From assembly GCA_049671145.1 (NCBI GenBank), contig JBATUM010000088.1:13801-77800 (forward strand): a stretch of 64,000 bases of DNA, in the 5' to 3' direction. This DNA comes from Promethearchaeia archaeon (GTDB lineage: Archaea; Asgardarchaeota; Lokiarchaeia; Sigyniarchaeales; SOKP01). Of the stretch, positions 61,644 to 64,000 are shown in pieces. The notes below the pieces were generated by a model that had not been told where the DNA came from, did no database searches, and was given only the letters and a program-made list of their open reading frames with translations. A program made the translations under genes and the position numbers. Numbering within the stretch: the first letter of the stretch is position 1; each line of letters opens with the position of its first letter.

Positions 61644-62312
61644 CTAAACATCAGGAAATTCCAGAGACTTTCCTTTACCGCCTCCCATCATCTGTCCCAT
61701 TCCACCAGAAGCTTGAGTCTGTAACTTGAAAATTCTTTGTATTAAAGTATTTATCCCAAGACTACAAAGAAAATACCAAGCAGTAAAACCGATCCATCCA
61801 TGAGCGGGCAAAATTTCAATTGCTACACCATAAAAAGCTTCTGACCAGGCTGCTACCTCTCCTAAACTACTAGCTGCTAATATGCCACCTATTAATGGAA
61901 CATCATTTGCATTCATGGCAGTTAACGCGATAGGTACTCCACCAAAAAATGTGTTTACAATCCCAAAAATTATAATCATGGGTAAGAATGTAATACATGT
62001 TGGTTTCAGCCTTTGTAGTGCCATTTTTTGTTGACTCTGTTTAAACATTTCATCTTTACGCTCCCATTTCTTCCGGGATTTTCTATATCGTTCAGGATCT
62101 ACTTCTGCGAGCTCTATTATCTTTTCTTTTTCTTCATTATGTGCTTTCATTTGAACTTGTTTTCTATTTATTTCATCTGTATCGACTAGCCATTTGGTTA
62201 ATCCCATACTTATTAAAGCTGTGGTTGTTGCAAGTAACAATACAGCTATCATTGAACCAGGTGGTGTTCCTATCCACTCTAAAAATGGATTTTGAAAAAC
62301 AGTTAGCAACAT
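61644..62312 (-). CDS. DUF106 membrane protein (archaeal Oxa1/EMC3/TMCO1-superfamily insertase-like)
   Basis: 222 aa. TM1, then a long Lys/Glu-rich coiled-coil hairpin (INRKQVQMKAHNEEKEKIIELAE...RKSRKKWERKDEMFKQSQQKMALQRLKP), then 2 TM and a Gly/Met-rich tail. This is the architecture of Mj0480-type DUF106. It is the canonical neighbour of secY. Confidence 0.7.
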   Translation of the reverse strand: MLLTVFQNPFLEWIGTPPGSMIAVLLLATTTALISMGLTKWLVDTDEINRKQVQMKAHNEEKEKIIELAEVDPERYRKSRKKWERKDEMFKQSQQKMALQRLKPTCITFLPMIIIFGIVNTFFGGVPIALTAMNANDVPLIGGILAASSLGEVAAWSEAFYGVAIEILPAHGWIGFTAWYFLCSLGINTLIQRIFKLQTQASGGMGQMMGGGKGKSLEFPDV

Positions 62313-62395
62313 AATTAATTTAAAATATATACATTACTATTTTAAATTTTTTAAAACGAATAAGGCTTAATTTATTAATATTTGGTTATTTTAAC

Positions 62396-63850
62396 TTAAT
62401 CCAATCCAAGGAAGCTCCGCATCCCGGGATATTGCATCGCAGCAGCCTCTTTAGCAATAGTTTCGGAATACTGGTGCACAATTCCTATTGCTATTAGAAG
62501 TCCGGTACCAGACGTTAATGCTCCCAACGAATCTGCAAAAAAGCTCATACCAGCTATTATAATTCCATTTAAAATCACTAACGTAGGAATATATCGCTTT
62601 AAAATCCTTTCAATTATTCTTTCTGAACTCCTAAAACCAGGTACTTGCATACCTGAATCAATAATTTGTCCTGCTATATCACGTGGCGCCAATCCTGAGA
62701 CTTCTACCCATAGACGGCCGAGCATTACACATAGGAAAATAAATATGACTAAATATATAACTGCTCTTAGAGGGTCAGCTAAAACCGCCGCAATTCCCTG
62801 AGGAGGAGAAAGATAATATAACAATCCACCAGTTGGAATTAGATAGTTACCTTGGGTACCTCCATTAGATGACTCAAAAGTACCCAATAAATTTAACCAA
62901 AAATCAGTACCTGGATTACGCAATGCAGACTCTGGACCAGCAATTAATTGCCCAAAAAATAAAAAATTTGCGTACAAAGCATTTACTAATATCACCGGAA
63001 TATTCGATACATATAACAACTTCATTGGATATTTTCCTTTAAAACCTCGATAGCCTCTATAAGTTAGCGGTATCTCCACCCTAGTTGATTCAAGCCAAAT
63101 AACAATTACAAATATAATTAATGTTGTAATACCCCCTAACATTGAAGGTAATCGACCCCCCCTATAAATTAAAGAGCCCGTATCTAAATCTGGATTAGTA
63201 AAAGACTCAAATAATGCAACAACTATCCCTCTTGCGCCTTCTGCTGTGTTTAATCCAACAAAACTGAAACAATTCCAAAATATTTGTCCAGCGACTCCTG
63301 CAGCTATGAATAAAGAAACTCCACTTCCTAAACCCCATCCTTTTTGTAATAATTCGTCTAATAATATAATTACAACACCAGCGAATAATAACTGCAGAAA
63401 TAAAAACGCTTGAGTCGCAATCCCTAAACCTTCTCCAAAAGCTCCACCTAATATATAAGCTAATGCATTGAATACTGTTAAAATCATAGCCATTACTTTT
63501 TGTGAACCACTGAACATTGCCCTATCATAAGGATCACTCATATCTACATTAATTATCTTTGAACCTAAAAGTAATTGCATCACAAGTCCCGCGGTTACTA
63601 TTGGACCGATTCCTAATTCTGTTAAAGTTCCTCTTTGACTAGCAAGAATAACTCTTAACCAATAATAATAATCAGTAGTTTCCTCAAGTTTCACACCATA
63701 TAAAGGAATATTGGAGAGTATAATATAAATAATAAGAACAACAGCTGTCCAAATTATCTTTTCTTTGAAACTTACCTCTCTCTGGGGCTGTTTTAGCTCT
63801 GGCATTACCCGTACAAATGGAGAGAAAAATTTAAGAAACTTACCCGTCAT
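62396..63850 (-). CDS. secY: Preprotein translocase subunit SecY (Sec61-alpha type)
   Basis: 484 aa, 10 TM. FKEKIIWTAVVLIIYIILSNIPLYG, ILASQRGTLTELGIGPIVTAGLVMQLL and MKLLYVSNIPVIL are typical of archaeal SecY. Confidence 0.95.
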   Translation of the reverse strand: MTGKFLKFFSPFVRVMPELKQPQREVSFKEKIIWTAVVLIIYIILSNIPLYGVKLEETTDYYYWLRVILASQRGTLTELGIGPIVTAGLVMQLLLGSKIINVDMSDPYDRAMFSGSQKVMAMILTVFNALAYILGGAFGEGLGIATQAFLFLQLLFAGVVIILLDELLQKGWGLGSGVSLFIAAGVAGQIFWNCFSFVGLNTAEGARGIVVALFESFTNPDLDTGSLIYRGGRLPSMLGGITTLIIFVIVIWLESTRVEIPLTYRGYRGFKGKYPMKLLYVSNIPVILVNALYANFLFFGQLIAGPESALRNPGTDFWLNLLGTFESSNGGTQGNYLIPTGGLLYYLSPPQGIAAVLADPLRAVIYLVIFIFLCVMLGRLWVEVSGLAPRDIAGQIIDSGMQVPGFRSSERIIERILKRYIPTLVILNGIIIAGMSFFADSLGALTSGTGLLIAIGIVHQYSETIAKEAAAMQYPGMRSFLGLD

Positions 63851-64000
63851 GATTTATCAGCATTAACTGATTTTTAAGGAATCCAATTTATGTATAAATT
63901 TAACTTTCATATTTTATGAATGTAAATAATAAAAATTTAAGTTTTAAAAAAAGTTTTTGATTCAAAAGCGAATTTTATACGCCTTTTTCTATTCACAGTA

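Noticed and set aside
61527-61724. 65-aa + strand ORF
   Set aside because: It lies on top of the intron-containing tRNA-Ser gene and its terminator. It has no protein-like features.
1-64000. Search for a selenoprotein gene (in-frame TGA) near the Sec machinery
   Set aside because: No intergenic gap is large enough to hide a TGA-split gene, and no adjacent same-frame ORF pair is separated only by TGA. For example, TGA at 47362 is followed by TAA seven codons later. None of the usual selenoprotein families (Fdh, Hdr, Vhu/Fru, SPS, Msr, Prx-like) is recognisable here.

Overview
This window is a very AT-rich archaeal chromosomal segment (roughly 30% GC by eye) that is densely coding on both strands. 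I recognised no rRNA, CRISPR array, transposase or integrase.

Anchors:
- A 19-gene ribosomal-protein operon runs from uS19 to uL15 (30878-40347). It includes RNase P Rpp29 and a 51-aa uS14 that the ORF track missed.
- A second translation block (eL34, cmk, eL14, intron-containing tRNA-Ser) lies at 60176-61608.
- An inverted SecY plus DUF106/Oxa1-like pair sits at the right edge.

Left third:
- It begins with a Trm112-like fragment, tRNA-Gln, a UbiA prenyltransferase and an M28 peptidase.
- A peptide/nickel-type ABC importer follows. Its binding-protein gene is separated from the permease genes by a 1.8-kb, even more AT-rich insert flanked by an 11-bp direct repeat.
- The remaining genes are DUF362, TlyA, two RadB-like ATPases, class I FBPase, Trm1, RlmE, a TFE-beta/RPC34-like protein, MptE-like, GcvH, PepD, ferredoxin and ribokinase.

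Between uL15 and eL34, a ~20-kb block carries:
- selenocysteine machinery (SelB, tRNA-Sec, SepSecS);
- a Roadblock/LC7 gene abutting SelB;
- Nudix enzymes, RtcA and a Nudix-NMNAT fusion;
- a tRNA-Ile(UAU) gene split by two introns;
- a Vps28-like protein;
- an uncharacterised cassette of two coiled-coil paralogs plus a longin-like/MIT-like protein.

Taxonomic inference: the combination of Vps28-like, Roadblock, SH3-like, C4HC3-finger, OST3/6-like and Sec machinery suggests an Asgard (Lokiarchaeia-like) archaeon. This is inference only.

Best candidates for something undescribed:
- the coiled-coil/longin-MIT cassette;
- the SelB-Roadblock pairing together with orphan genes near the Sec machinery;
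- a RuvC-fold-like nuclease paired divergently with RadB.

All domain calls are by-eye motif recognition. No database search was possible.
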